From Planctomycetales bacterium (lineage in GTDB: Bacteria; Planctomycetota; Planctomycetia; Pirellulales; JAEUIK01), in NCBI GenBank assembly GCA_020426575.1, contig JAGQPT010000155.1, positions 1 through 63,704 on the forward strand: a DNA stretch of 63,704 nt. Reading direction: 5' to 3'. The stretch's first letter is position 1. Each line of letters opens with the position of its first letter. A model generated the notes under the pieces. The model was not told where the DNA came from, did no database searches, and saw only the letters and a list, made by a program, of their open reading frames with translations. Made by a program: the position numbers and the translations under genes. Below are positions 33,332 to 43,613 of this stretch, in pieces.

Positions 33332-35404
33332 ATGTCGACCGCCCAACGACCACTACGAAACATCGGCATCATCGCCCACATCGACGCCGGCAAGACGACG
33401 GTCACCGAGCGAATGCTCTACTATGCCGGTGAGACCCACAAAATGGGTGAAGTCGACAAGGGCACGACGATCACTGACTTCGACCCGGAAGAACAGCAGC
33501 GCGGCATCACGATCCTGGCCGCGAGCGTCTCGCTGAAGTGGCGGGGCACGGCGATCAACCTGATCGACACGCCCGGCCACGTCGATTTTACCGCCGAAGT
33601 CGAGCGCAGCCTGCGCGTGCTTGACGGCGGGGTGGTCGTCTTCAGTGCCCGCGAAGGGGTCGAGGCCCAGAGCGAAACCGTCTGGCACCAGGCGGACAAA
33701 TACGGCGTGCCGCGGCTGGCGTTCATCAACAAGCTCGACCGCGAAGGGGCCGACTTCTTCCGCACGGTGGACGAAATCGAAAAGCGGTTGGCGGCCAAGC
33801 CCGTGGCGCTGCAGATTCCATACGGCATTGGCCCGGCGCACGTGGACAACCCGTTCCGGGGCGTGATCGACCTGGTGCGGATGCGGCTCTATTCGTTCAT
33901 CGACGAGAGCCAGGGGGCCGAGGTCATCGAAGCGGACGTACCCGAGGAGATGCGCGACGAGGCCGAGCTCTACCGCGAGCGGATGCTCGAGCAGTTGTTC
34001 GACTACAGCAACGAGCTGGCCGAGTTGATGCTGTCCGAGGAAGAGATCCCCCCGGCCAAGATCGACGAAGTGGTGCGATCGGCGACGGTGCACGGGATGA
34101 TCGTGCCGGTGCTGTGCGGTTCGGCGCTGCATTTCCGCGGGATTCAGCCACTGTTGGATGCCGTGGTGGCGTATTTGCCGGCGCCGGAGGACCGCCCCCC
34201 GATCGAAGGCACGAACCCCCACAAGAACGATGCCCGCGAGATCCGCAAGCCTTCACCGGACGAGCCATTCTGCGGCCTGGTATTCAAGGTTCAGAGCGCA
34301 AAGCACGGCGACCTGTTCTTCGTGCGGATCTACTCGGGGACCCTCAAGGCGGGAACCCGCGCCCTGAACAGTGACAAGGACAAGAAAGAGAACGTGGCCC
34401 AGTTGTGGCACGTGCAGGCGGACCACCGCACGCAGGTCGAGTCGGCCACGGCGGGAGATATCATCGGCATCATCGGCCTGCGGCATTCGATCACGGGCGA
34501 CACGCTCTGTGACCCCCGGCATCCGATTCTGCTCGAATCGATCGTTTTCCCGGAAACGGTGATCTCGATGGCGATCGAGCCGGAGAGTTCGACCGAGCGG
34601 AAAAAGCTCGAAGACGCCGTGGCGATGATGACGCGGCAGGACCCGACGTTCCGCGCCGAAGAAAACGAGGAAACCGGTCAGACGCTGATCAGCGGAATGG
34701 GCGAATTGCACCTGGAAATCATCAAGAACCGGCTGCTACGGGACTTCAACCTCAACGTGCGGTTCCACCAGCCGAGGGTTAGCTATCGGGAGACGATCGG
34801 CAAGGCCGTGACGGTTCGTGGCGAGTGCCACCGCCAACTGGGCGGCCAGACCCACCAGGCGGCGGTCGAACTGCGTTTGGAGCCAATCGCCGAGGACGGC
34901 CCCAGCGAGGCGGTCAACGCGGTCGCGAACGAAGAAGTACCACAGGAATTCGTCAACGCGGCCATGGAGGTGCTGCAGTCGCTGTGCCAGGGGGCCGGCA
35001 CGGTCGGCTTTCCGCTCTCGAAGATGCGCGTGAAACTGCTGTCACTCGAAGTGCACGAGACCGATTCGACGGAAGTGGCCTTCCGGCATGCGGCCGCCGA
35101 CGCCTTCAACCGCGGGCTCGACCAGGCCGGTACGGTGATGCTCGAGCCGATCATGCGGCTGCAGGTGAGCACGCCCGAGGACCACATGGGGGACATTGTC
35201 GCCGACCTGCAGCAGCGGCGCGCGGTGATCCACTCGACGGACTCGCGGGGTACGATGACCGTGATCGGGGCCGAGGTCCCACTGGCCGAGCTTTTCGGCT
35301 ACTCAAGTGCGATGCGGGGTCTGAGCCAGGGGCGGGCCAATTGCTCGATGGAGCCTTCGGCCTATGCGCCGGCGCCAGCGGAAGTGCGTAGCACATTCAT
35401 CTGA
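33332..35404 (+). CDS. fusA: Elongation factor G (divergent, possibly spd-type)
   Basis: NIGIIAHIDAGKTTVTERMLYYAG, DTPGHVDFTAEVERSLRVLDG, NKLDREGADF. ATG 33332 (MSTAQRPLRN). The listed ORF starts at 33248. Confidence 0.95.
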   Translation: MSTAQRPLRNIGIIAHIDAGKTTVTERMLYYAGETHKMGEVDKGTTITDFDPEEQQRGITILAASVSLKWRGTAINLIDTPGHVDFTAEVERSLRVLDGGVVVFSAREGVEAQSETVWHQADKYGVPRLAFINKLDREGADFFRTVDEIEKRLAAKPVALQIPYGIGPAHVDNPFRGVIDLVRMRLYSFIDESQGAEVIEADVPEEMRDEAELYRERMLEQLFDYSNELAELMLSEEEIPPAKIDEVVRSATVHGMIVPVLCGSALHFRGIQPLLDAVVAYLPAPEDRPPIEGTNPHKNDAREIRKPSPDEPFCGLVFKVQSAKHGDLFFVRIYSGTLKAGTRALNSDKDKKENVAQLWHVQADHRTQVESATAGDIIGIIGLRHSITGDTLCDPRHPILLESIVFPETVISMAIEPESSTERKKLEDAVAMMTRQDPTFRAEENEETGQTLISGMGELHLEIIKNRLLRDFNLNVRFHQPRVSYRETIGKAVTVRGECHRQLGGQTHQAAVELRLEPIAEDGPSEAVNAVANEEVPQEFVNAAMEVLQSLCQGAGTVGFPLSKMRVKLLSLEVHETDSTEVAFRHAAADAFNRGLDQAGTVMLEPIMRLQVSTPEDHMGDIVADLQQRRAVIHSTDSRGTMTVIGAEVPLAELFGYSSAMRGLSQGRANCSMEPSAYAPAPAEVRSTFI

Positions 35405-35429
35405 TGCGACGGCCATCTGATGCGACGGC
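35398..35429. repeat. Perfect 16-nt tandem duplication spanning the fusA stop codon
   Basis: CATCTGATGCGACGGC at 35398-35413 is repeated exactly at 35414-35429. The fusA TGA is at 35402-35404, inside copy 1. Confidence 0.95.
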
Positions 35430-35585
35430 GAAAGCGTTTTTTGCGGCGGTTTGTGCCCCGGCTGACTCGCCACGGCGAGGCAAAAAGCTGACGAAACTGC
35501 GGGGAGTTTTCCTCATGCGACGGTCGAGGGGCGGCGGACGCCAAGAAACTTGGCGAGACTTGAGGAATTTCCCCGCCACGGCCCG

Positions 35586-35614
35586 TTGACCTGTTGGCGA
35601 GAGCGTTTTACAAT
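35586..35614 (+). promoter_or_regulatory. Candidate S10-operon promoter
   Basis: TTGACC (35586-35591), 17-nt spacer, TACAAT (35609-35614). This gives a leader of about 90 nt to the rpsJ GTG at 35713. Confidence 0.5.
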
Positions 35615-35712
35615 TCGCGGTTCGCCGTCTGTTGGAAGCTCGTAAGTGGTTTGGGCTTAGCGGCGTGGGAGACGTGCGGGTCTGGGGACCTGCTCCAGGT
35701 TAGGAGTGAGGC

Positions 35713-36039
35713 GTGGCTTCACAGTCAAAAGAGACAATACGCATCCGCATGGAGGCGTATGACCACTCGATCCTCGATCAAAGCGCGGCGGAAATCGTCG
35801 ACACGGCCAAGCGTACCGGCTCGGTCGTGCACGGGCCGATTCCTTTGCCGACGCGGGTCGAACGATACACGGTGCTTTCCGGGCCGCACGTCGACAAGAA
35901 GGCGCGGCAACAGTTCGAGATCCGCACGCACAAGCGGCTGATCGACATTGTGCAGTCGACCGCCAAGACGATTGAGTCACTTAACAAGCTCAGTCTGCCG
36001 GCGGGTGTTGATATTCGCATCAAAGCGTCGAGCCGCTAA
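35713..36039 (+). CDS. rpsJ: 30S ribosomal protein S10
   Basis: [42 protein letters not shown] start is preceded by AGGAGTGAGG. Confidence 0.95.
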   Translation: MASQSKETIRIRMEAYDHSILDQSAAEIVDTAKRTGSVVHGPIPLPTRVERYTVLSGPHVDKKARQQFEIRTHKRLIDIVQSTAKTIESLNKLSLPAGVDIRIKASSR

Positions 36040-36182
36040 GTCGGCGACACGCAAGACGTAACATATTGCAAGCTCCTTCCTAAACCGAACACAGGGCGGT
36101 TTATGCCAAGGGATGTCGCCTGGGTAAGGCGCGGCCACGCTGCCGTGTGCTCCCGGGAGGCAAAGACCACGGGATCAAAGCC

Positions 36183-36869
36183 ATGGCGATAGGATTACTC
36201 GGCCGCAAGGTCGGGATGACGCAATTGTTTGATGACACGGGTACGGTGATCCCGGTGACGGTGATCGAAGTAGGCCCCTGCCACGTGTTGCAGACTCGCA
36301 CGGCAGAGCGCGACGGCTACGAGGCCGTGCAGCTCGGCTTTGTCGACCGTCCCCGTCGTCTGGCCAGTCGCAGTGAGCGAGGTCACGTGGCAAAGCTCGA
36401 CAGCAAGCGTTCGCGGAAGCGAACGGCCGCCGGCGTTGAGGCTCTTCCCAAGCCGGACTGCGAGCCAAAGAAGTTCATCCGTGAAATCCGCGGGCCGGCC
36501 GCTGGCCGTGAGATCGGCGACGAGCTCCGCGTCGATGTTTTCGAGAACGTCAAGGCCGTCGACATCGTCGGCACGAGCAAGGGCCGCGGCACCGCCGGTG
36601 TGATGAAGCGGCACAACTTCAGCGGCCAACGGGCTTCGCACGGTGTGAAGAAAGTGCACCGTCACCCCGGTTCGATCGGCTGCAGTGCTTTCCCGAGTCG
36701 CGTGCCGAAGGGGCGCCGCATGGCGGGCCGCTACGGCAACGAGCGTTCGACGATGCGGAATCTCAAAGTCGTCAAGATCGACGTGGAGCAGAACCTCTTG
36801 ATTGTCCGCGGCGCGGTGCCGGGCCCCAACGGTGGTTTTGTCGTCGTCAGTGAAACGAACAAGTATTAG
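36183..36869 (+). CDS. rplC: 50S ribosomal protein L3
   Basis: MAIGLLGRKVGMTQLFDDTGTVIPVTVIEVGPC. The listed ORF starts at 36147. Confidence 0.95.
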   Translation: MAIGLLGRKVGMTQLFDDTGTVIPVTVIEVGPCHVLQTRTAERDGYEAVQLGFVDRPRRLASRSERGHVAKLDSKRSRKRTAAGVEALPKPDCEPKKFIREIRGPAAGREIGDELRVDVFENVKAVDIVGTSKGRGTAGVMKRHNFSGQRASHGVKKVHRHPGSIGCSAFPSRVPKGRRMAGRYGNERSTMRNLKVVKIDVEQNLLIVRGAVPGPNGGFVVVSETNKY

Positions 36870-36916
36870 TCGCACGCCCAGTTTCCACTGGCTGGCGAGC
36901 ATGGGTGGGAGTAACG

Positions 36917-37564
36917 ATGGCTAAGTTGCCCGTTTACAATTCGGCAGGTCAGGAAGTCGGCTCGTATGACGTCGACCCGGCCGAATTCGCCGATTCGATC
37001 AATAAAAAGCTGTTGCACGACGCGGTCGTGATGTACCGCGCCAACCAGCGACAAGGTACGTTCGGCAGCAAGAGCCGCGCGGACGTCGCCGGTTCGACGA
37101 AGAAGATGTATCGCCAGAAAGGGACAGGCAACGCCCGGGCCGGCTCGCGGCGCAGCGGCGTGCGGCGTGGCGGTGGACACATCTTCGCCAAGCGGCCCCG
37201 CAGCTTTTACTTCCGCCTCCCGCGCAAGGCCTTGCAACTGGCCACGCGGATGGCGATTGCCAGCAAGCTGCAGGACGACCAGGTTGTGGTGGTCGACAAG
37301 ATTGAACTCGCAGCGCCGCAGACCCGACAGGTCGCCTCGCTGCTCAAAGCCATCGGCTGTGAAGGCAAGAGCGTGCTGCTGACGACCGAGACGTACGACG
37401 TGAACGTGTATAAGAGCACCCGTAACATCGACCGCGCTTCGGTGTTGCCGGCTGCCGAGTTGAACGCCTGGCGCGTGCTACTGCCCCAGCGGCTGGTCGT
37501 CACCAAGGCGGCCCTCGACGCACTGCGGGCTAACGCCAAGCCGGCCGCGGCGGTCGCCGGGTAG
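36917..37564 (+). CDS. rplD: 50S ribosomal protein L4
   Basis: MAKLPVYNSAGQEVG...KKMYRQKGTGNARAGSRRS. The listed ORF starts at 36905. Confidence 0.93.
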   Translation: MAKLPVYNSAGQEVGSYDVDPAEFADSINKKLLHDAVVMYRANQRQGTFGSKSRADVAGSTKKMYRQKGTGNARAGSRRSGVRRGGGHIFAKRPRSFYFRLPRKALQLATRMAIASKLQDDQVVVVDKIELAAPQTRQVASLLKAIGCEGKSVLLTTETYDVNVYKSTRNIDRASVLPAAELNAWRVLLPQRLVVTKAALDALRANAKPAAAVAG

Positions 37565-37685
37565 TAGATATCGCCCAGGGCAGTGCGGGCGTCACCACGT
37601 TTGAGCAAACCCAATCGATCAATAACGTTCCCATAGCAGCGATCGGCCCGATCGGTCGGTCGGCGCGACGAAGGAAGACGAGACG

Positions 37686-38000
37686 ATGGATCCAGCGAAC
37701 CCAACCAAAACGAAGATCAAGCTCGAGCCGCACCAGGTGGTGCTGCGACCGCTGGTCACGGAGAAGGGAATGCACCGCTCGACGCGGCACAACGCGTATG
37801 CCTTCGAGGTGTCGCTGCTGGCCACCAAGTCCGACATTCGCCACGCCGTGGAAACGCTGTTCGACGTCAAAGTCGTCCGCGTGAACACTCAAACGCGGCA
37901 AGGCAAGCGTCGCCGCACCCGGCAACGCATCGGCTTCACCAAGAGTTGGAAGAAAGCAATCGTCAAGCTCGATCCGGAGTATCGCATCGACTTCTTCTAG
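37686..38000 (+). CDS. rplW: 50S ribosomal protein L23
   Basis: [50 protein letters not shown]. Confidence 0.93.
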   Translation: MDPANPTKTKIKLEPHQVVLRPLVTEKGMHRSTRHNAYAFEVSLLATKSDIRHAVETLFDVKVVRVNTQTRQGKRRRTRQRIGFTKSWKKAIVKLDPEYRIDFF

Positions 38001-38105
38001 TCGGCTGCATTCCCCAATCGGTTATAGCATCTGGTCGGCTGAAGCAGGCCGAGCGATCGACGCGACGAGCCATCAACACGACGAGTAACATAAAAGGCGG
38101 TCATC

Positions 38106-38966
38106 ATGGGAGTTCGACGATACAAACCGACCACGCCGGGACGGCGAGGTGCGTCGGTGAGCGACTTCGCCGAACTGACGCCCGGCGCCAAGCCGGTAAA
38201 AAGCCTGCTGCGGCCGAAGCGCAAGACGGGCGGTCGCAACAACCAGGGAAAAATCACCGCTCGACATCGCGGCGGTGGCCACAAACAGAAGTACCGCGTG
38301 ATTGACTTCCATCGCGAGAAGGACGGTGTGCAGGCGCGGGTCAACTCAATTCAGTACGACCCGAATCGTAGTGCCCGCATCGCCCTGCTGCACTACGTCG
38401 ACGGCGAGAAGCGTTACATCATCGCGCCCAACGGCCTGAAGCAGGGTGACAAGGTGGAGAGTGGTGCTGAAGCGCCGCCGAACGTGGGCAATTGTTTACC
38501 GCTGCGAAATATTCCGGTTGGCATGTCGGTTCACAACATCGAGTTGCAGCCGGGGCGTGGTGGCCAGATTTGCCGCTCGGCCGGAACGTCGGCCACGCTT
38601 GCCGCTCGCGAGGGGACTTGGGCGCAGATCGTGCTGCCCAGCGGTGAGATTCGCCGGATTCCCTCGGCGTGTCGGGCCACGATCGGCACGACCGGCAACA
38701 GCGACCACATGAACATCGTGCTGGGCAAGGCGGGGCGACGACGCTGGATGGGTCGCCGCCCGCACGTCCGCGGCACCGCGATGAACCCGATCGACCACCC
38801 GCACGGTGGTGGTGAAGGTCGCACCAAGGGTGGTCGTCACCCGGTGAGCCCGACGGGCAAGCCTGCCAAGGGTGGCTCGACCCGCAATCGCCGTAAGCCG
38901 TCGAACGCCTCGATCATACGTCGTCGCCGCTCGCGTCGTTACGGCCTGTTGAAACTTTACAAGTAA
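38106..38966 (+). CDS. rplB: 50S ribosomal protein L2
   Basis: [26 protein letters not shown]...[15 protein letters not shown]. Confidence 0.97.
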   Translation: MGVRRYKPTTPGRRGASVSDFAELTPGAKPVKSLLRPKRKTGGRNNQGKITARHRGGGHKQKYRVIDFHREKDGVQARVNSIQYDPNRSARIALLHYVDGEKRYIIAPNGLKQGDKVESGAEAPPNVGNCLPLRNIPVGMSVHNIELQPGRGGQICRSAGTSATLAAREGTWAQIVLPSGEIRRIPSACRATIGTTGNSDHMNIVLGKAGRRRWMGRRPHVRGTAMNPIDHPHGGGEGRTKGGRHPVSPTGKPAKGGSTRNRRKPSNASIIRRRRSRRYGLLKLYK

Positions 38967-39072
38967 CGCGCCGATCGGGCGCTGGGTGGTTGCCACGCCC
39001 GGCCACGTTATGCGGCACAGAAGACATCACGAAACTGATTCACCATAAAAACCACGCCCGGAAAAAGGCAAC

Positions 39073-39345
39073 ATGGGTAGATCACTCAAAAAAGGCCCCT
39101 TTGTGGACCCGAAGCTGTACGGCAAGGTCGAGAGGCTCGACGCCGACGGCGTGAAGGAACCGATCAAGACTTGGGCGCGGGCCTGCACGATCGTGCCGGA
39201 ATTCGTCGGCCACACGTTCATGGTCCACAACGGCCGTCACCACATGAAGGTGCTGGTGACCGAGGACATGGTTGGTCACAAATTGGGCGAGTTTGCGCCG
39301 ACGCGAACTTTTCGCGGTCACGGCGGCAAGGGTGGCAAGAAGTAG
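39073..39345 (+). CDS. rpsS: 30S ribosomal protein S19
   Basis: [15 protein letters not shown]...[16 protein letters not shown]...[16 protein letters not shown]. Confidence 0.97.
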   Translation: MGRSLKKGPFVDPKLYGKVERLDADGVKEPIKTWARACTIVPEFVGHTFMVHNGRHHMKVLVTEDMVGHKLGEFAPTRTFRGHGGKGGKK

Positions 39346-39429
39346 TACAGGCGAGAAGACTTCCGAGTTTCGCGTCGCCGGCGACGAGGCTGGCGGCGGC
39401 ACCCGGGACGCGACTCAAAGGATCGCACA

Positions 39430-39765
39430 ATGGCATACCGAGCAACATACCGATTCGCCCGCATCAGCCCTCGCAAGGTGCGCCCGCTGGCCGACCTGAT
39501 TCGCGGCAAACATGCCGACGAAGCGCTCGACTTATTGCGTTTTCAAAAGCAACGTGGCGCGCGGATGCTCGAGAAGACGCTCAAGAGTGCGGTGGGGAAC
39601 GCCGAGGACCAGCGAGCCGGCAACCTCGGCTCCCTGGTTGTCGTCGATGCCCGGGTTGACGGGGGTCCGATGATGAAACGCGTGCGGCCCCGCGGTCGCG
39701 GTATGGCACATCTACTGCACAAGCGGATGTCGCACATTCACGTGGCGGTCGATTCGCAGGCTTGA
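39430..39765 (+). CDS. rplV: 50S ribosomal protein L22
   Basis: ARISPRKVRPLADLIRGKHADEALDLLRF...MKRVRPRGRGMAHLLHKRMSHI. Confidence 0.95.
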   Translation: MAYRATYRFARISPRKVRPLADLIRGKHADEALDLLRFQKQRGARMLEKTLKSAVGNAEDQRAGNLGSLVVVDARVDGGPMMKRVRPRGRGMAHLLHKRMSHIHVAVDSQA

Positions 39766-39851
39766 CGTGACGGGCCTTAGCCGGGGCGCCCCAGACCAAC
39801 CCGACAGCAATACAGAACAACCGCAGCCAATCAAACGAAAGTAGCCAGGCA

Positions 39852-40556
39852 ATGGGACAAAAAGTCAATCCAGTTGGTTACCGTACCGGCGTGATGTGCG
39901 ACTGGAAGAGTCGCTGGTTTGCCTCGAAGAAGGAATTCCCCAGCCTGCTGGTCGAAGACCAGAAGATCCGCAACTTCATCAAGACCAAGTATCGCTTTGC
40001 CGGCATCCCCAAGGTCGAAGTCGAACGTACCCGCGACGAAGTCAAGGTGGTGCTGTACACGGCACGGCCGGGCATCGTGATTGGCCGCAAGGGCCAGGAG
40101 ATCGAACGGCTGCAGGACGAATTGCAGCAACTTACCGGTCGCCGCATCAACATCAAGATCGAAGAGATCAGTCGGCCCGAGATCGAAGCGCAACTCGTGG
40201 CCGAGGACATCGCTGAACAATTGAGCAAACGATCGAGTTTCCGCCGCACGATGAAACGGGCGTTGGAAAACACGATGGAAAACGGAGCCAAGGGCATCAA
40301 GATTCAACTGGCCGGTCGACTGGGTGGCGCGGAAATGGCGCGTCGCGAGAAACAGATTGCCGGCTCGATCCCGCTCTCGACGTTGCGAGCGAAGATCGAC
40401 TACGGGTTCACTGAAGCCAAGACCGCACAGGGACACATCGGCGTCCAGGTGTGGATCAACCAAGGCATGTATTTCGAAGACGAGGAGTCAGGCCATGGCG
40501 CTGATGCCCAAGAGGGTCAAGCACCGAAAAAGCCAAAGAGGACGTATAAAAGGTAA
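39852..40556 (+). CDS. rpsC: 30S ribosomal protein S3
   Basis: [14 protein letters not shown]...[11 protein letters not shown]...[12 protein letters not shown]. The C-terminal tail [30 protein letters not shown] runs into rplP. Confidence 0.95.
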   Translation: MGQKVNPVGYRTGVMCDWKSRWFASKKEFPSLLVEDQKIRNFIKTKYRFAGIPKVEVERTRDEVKVVLYTARPGIVIGRKGQEIERLQDELQQLTGRRINIKIEEISRPEIEAQLVAEDIAEQLSKRSSFRRTMKRALENTMENGAKGIKIQLAGRLGGAEMARREKQIAGSIPLSTLRAKIDYGFTEAKTAQGHIGVQVWINQGMYFEDEESGHGADAQEGQAPKKPKRTYKR

Positions 40557-40911
40557 CGCGACTCGCGGCAACCGCGTCGTCTTCGGTGATTTCGGCCTGC
40601 AGACAACCGAAGCAGGCTGGATCAGCGCGCAGACGATCGAAGCCGGTCGTATCGCGGCCCAGCAGTACCTCCGCGAGGAAGGTCGGCTGTACATCCGTGT
40701 TTTCCCAGACAAGTCCGTCTCCTCGATTCCGTTGGAGACCCGGATGGGTAAGGGAAAAGGCGAGCCGGACTATTGGGCAGCGTCGGTCAAGCCGGGCACG
40801 GTGTTGTTCGAGATCGGCGGTACGACCGAAGAAGCGGCGCGGATTTGCTTCCGTCGTTTGGCGCACAAAATGCCCGTGGCAACACGGCTACTGCACCGTC
40901 GAGCGATTTAG
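40495..40911 (+). CDS. rplP: 50S ribosomal protein L16
   Basis: [20 protein letters not shown]...[30 protein letters not shown] 40495 is preceded by GAGGAG at a 7-nt spacing. The latest possible start, ATG 40504, still lies inside rpsC. Confidence 0.93.
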   Translation: MALMPKRVKHRKSQRGRIKGNATRGNRVVFGDFGLQTTEAGWISAQTIEAGRIAAQQYLREEGRLYIRVFPDKSVSSIPLETRMGKGKGEPDYWAASVKPGTVLFEIGGTTEEAARICFRRLAHKMPVATRLLHRRAI

Positions 40912-41028
40912 TCAGACAGCGTCGCCACCAGCGGCCGACGGCTCGTCGGAACAACGCCTGGCGGATCGAGCTGAAACGGTTATTCAAAACGACACAAGCA
41001 TGACCACTGCCGACCGGCAAACGAAACC

Positions 41029-41253
41029 ATGAGCACGACAAGCGAACTGAGACAGATGAGTGACGAGCAGTTGGCGCTGACGTTGCAGGAGGCGGCCAAC
41101 GACTTTTTTCGCTTGCGGCTGAAGGCGCAGACCGAACGGCTCGACGCGCCGAGCGAACTCCGCAAACACCGCCGCTTGATCGCCCGGGTGAAAACGATCC
41201 AGCGCGAGCGTGAGATGGCCGCGGCCAAGAAAGCGACCGCCGCCCCGGCATAG
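41029..41253 (+). CDS. rpmC: 50S ribosomal protein L29
   Basis: ELRQMSDEQLALTLQEAANDFFRLRLKAQT...; 74 aa; located between rplP and rpsQ. Confidence 0.9.
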   Translation: MSTTSELRQMSDEQLALTLQEAANDFFRLRLKAQTERLDAPSELRKHRRLIARVKTIQREREMAAAKKATAAPA

Positions 41254-41367
41254 GCACGGTGTCCCTAGCCACCGGTTTACCGGCGACGCCCGTACGACGG
41301 CAGCAAACAGACCGCTCAGCGAACAGATCGCGACGACAATCGATCACAAGTCCACGAGAATCCAGCG

Positions 41368-41670
41368 ATGCCCAAGAGAGTGTTTCAAGGCCTGGTGGCC
41401 AGCGACAAGTGCGACAAGACGCGTCGCGTCGAGATCCAGCGTCTGGAACGTCACCGCAAGTACGGCAAGTACATTCGCCGTCGCACGGTGTGCCATGTTC
41501 ACGATGAAAACAACGAGTCGAACCGGGGCGACACGGTCGAGATTCGCGAGTGCCGTCCCTACTCCAAGACGAAGCGCTGGGAGTTGGTGCGCGTCGTGAG
41601 CCGAAATCAGGACGTCGACGTCGCCGCCTTGCGACAAGCCAGTGCCGCGAAGAAGGCGGAAAGCGAGTAA
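41368..41670 (+). CDS. rpsQ: 30S ribosomal protein S17
   Basis: [69 protein letters not shown]. Confidence 0.95.
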   Translation: MPKRVFQGLVASDKCDKTRRVEIQRLERHRKYGKYIRRRTVCHVHDENNESNRGDTVEIRECRPYSKTKRWELVRVVSRNQDVDVAALRQASAAKKAESE

Positions 41671-41835
41671 CGTCGCTTTCCGCACGGGTTGCCGGGCCAT
41701 CGTTGCGGCAGCGTAAAAGACCACAGTAGAAAAACATCCGTCAATCAGATCATGTGCCGCTGCGGGGGTGCCACGCGTTGCGTCGGCAGCCTGTCCCCGT
41801 GAAATGAAGCGGCCGAGCGAAGTCGGTGAGATACG

Positions 41836-42204
41836 ATGATCCAAATGCAAACACGCCTGGCCGTCGCGGACAACACCGGCGCCAAAGAAGTGATGTGCTT
41901 CAAGGTGCTGGGAGGCACCCATCGTCGCACGGCTGGCCTGGGCGACATCATCATCTGTAGCGTGAAAAGCGCCATGGCGGGTAGCGACATCAAGAAGGGC
42001 TCGGTGGTGAAGGCCGTGATCGTTCGCACTCGCTCCGGCACGCGTCGGGCTGACGGTAGCTACGTCAAGTTCGACAGCAACGCGGTCGTGATCATCGACA
42101 ACGATAAGAACCCCAAGGGCACGCGGATTTTTGGCGCCGTGGCCCGCGAACTGCGCGACCGCAGCTTCATGAAAATTGTCAGCCTCGCCAGTGAGGTGGT
42201 TTGA
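41836..42204 (+). CDS. rplN: 50S ribosomal protein L14
   Basis: [27 protein letters not shown]...[12 protein letters not shown]. Confidence 0.97.
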   Translation: MIQMQTRLAVADNTGAKEVMCFKVLGGTHRRTAGLGDIIICSVKSAMAGSDIKKGSVVKAVIVRTRSGTRRADGSYVKFDSNAVVIIDNDKNPKGTRIFGAVARELRDRSFMKIVSLASEVV

Positions 42205-42551
42205 TGCATATTCGAGTAGACGACATGGTGGAAGTGTTGACCGGCGACGACAGCGGTTCGCGCGGTCGGGTGCTCAAGGTCGACCGCGCCGCCGGCAAGG
42301 TGATCGTCGAGGGCTTCAACCGCGTGTACAAACACGTGCGTCGCAGCCAGCGCAATCCCCAGGGTGGTCGGCTGTCGAAGGAAATGCCGATCCAGTTGTC
42401 CAACGTCCAGTTGGTCTGCCGCGAGTGCGGCAAGGCGACCCGTACCGGGGCGCGCTACCTGGCCGACGGCAGTAAGGAACGATACTGCAAGAAGTGCGGC
42501 AAGGGGAACGGGCAGTTGGCCCCGCCCAAGGCCCGCTACGCCCAGGCGTGA
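42201..42551 (+). CDS. rplX: 50S ribosomal protein L24 (Cys4 variant)
   Basis: KOW motif [26 protein letters not shown]. Contains [32 protein letters not shown] overlap with rplN. Confidence 0.93.
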   Translation: MMHIRVDDMVEVLTGDDSGSRGRVLKVDRAAGKVIVEGFNRVYKHVRRSQRNPQGGRLSKEMPIQLSNVQLVCRECGKATRTGARYLADGSKERYCKKCGKGNGQLAPPKARYAQA

Positions 42552-42651
42552 CCCGGGGCGCGCGAACCGGGCAGTAACCTGAACCTGGCGCGTTGCAAAA
42601 GCGCGTGCCTCGTCAGACCCACACGAACCAATCAGACACAGCAGTCAAGCG

Positions 42652-43236
42652 ATGGCCGAGAAAAAGATAGCCCCGCCGAGGCTCCTCGAGCGTTACGAAA
42701 AGGAGATCCGCCCCGCGCTGGCCAAGTCGTTGGGGCGTGACAACATCCATTCCCTGCCGGGACTGGAGAAGATCGTGGTCAACATGGGCGTTGGTTCGGC
42801 GATCACGGAGAAGAAACACTTAGAGGAAGCCACCGACGCGATTGCCACGATCTGTGGCCAAAAGGCCGCCACGAGCAAGGCCCGCAAGTCGGTCGCCAAC
42901 TTCCGGCTGCGTGAAGGGAGCCCGATCGGCTGCCACGTCACGCTGCGTCGCAAGCGCATGTACGAGTTCCTCGATCGACTGATCTCGTTGGCGCTGCCGC
43001 GGGTTCGTGACTTTCGCGGACTCAACCCCAACGCCTTCGACGGCAACGGCAACTACAACCTGGGCCTGACCGAACAGTTGGTGTTTCCGGAGATCAACCC
43101 CGACAAGTTCGGCCGCGTTCAAGGGATGAACATCACGATCGTGACGACGACGCGGAGCAACGACGAAGCCCGCGAGTTGTTGCGGGCGTTCGGCATGCCG
43201 TTCAAGTCGGACGACAAATCGAAAGACAACAACTAA
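42652..43236 (+). CDS. rplE: 50S ribosomal protein L5
   Basis: LLERYEKEIRPALAKSLG...KIVVNMGVG...FRLREGSPIGCHVTLRRKRMYEFLDRLISLALPRVRDFRG. Confidence 0.95.
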   Translation: MAEKKIAPPRLLERYEKEIRPALAKSLGRDNIHSLPGLEKIVVNMGVGSAITEKKHLEEATDAIATICGQKAATSKARKSVANFRLREGSPIGCHVTLRRKRMYEFLDRLISLALPRVRDFRGLNPNAFDGNGNYNLGLTEQLVFPEINPDKFGRVQGMNITIVTTTRSNDEARELLRAFGMPFKSDDKSKDNN

Positions 43237-43411
43237 AACGCCGAAACGCGTCGAAGCAGGAACACGTCACAATATTATGCCGCCGGAATGCGGCGGTGCC
43301 TGAGAGCCGCAGCGACGTCAGACGGACATCGCATCGGACAGCCGGGCGCCAGCGAAACACACATTTACGTTACCCCGCGAATTCACTCCAGACAGATCGG
43401 TAGAGGACCGC

Positions 43412-43597
43412 ATGGCCAGCAAGGCGAAGATCGAAAAGTCGCTTCGCACGCCCAAGTACTCTACGCGGCTGAATCGACGTTGCTCGTTGTGCGGGCGACC
43501 TCGGGCCGTGTACCGCAAGTTCGGCATCTGCCGAATTTGCTTTCGAAACTTGGCCGATCGAGGACTTATTCCAGGCGTAAAGAAGGCCAGTTGGTAA
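43412..43597 (+). CDS. rpsN: 30S ribosomal protein S14 type Z (zinc-binding form)
   Basis: 61 aa, [22 protein letters not shown]...KKASW. Confidence 0.95.
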   Translation: MASKAKIEKSLRTPKYSTRLNRRCSLCGRPRAVYRKFGICRICFRNLADRGLIPGVKKASW

Positions 43598-43613
43598 AGG
43601 AATCATACGCACC

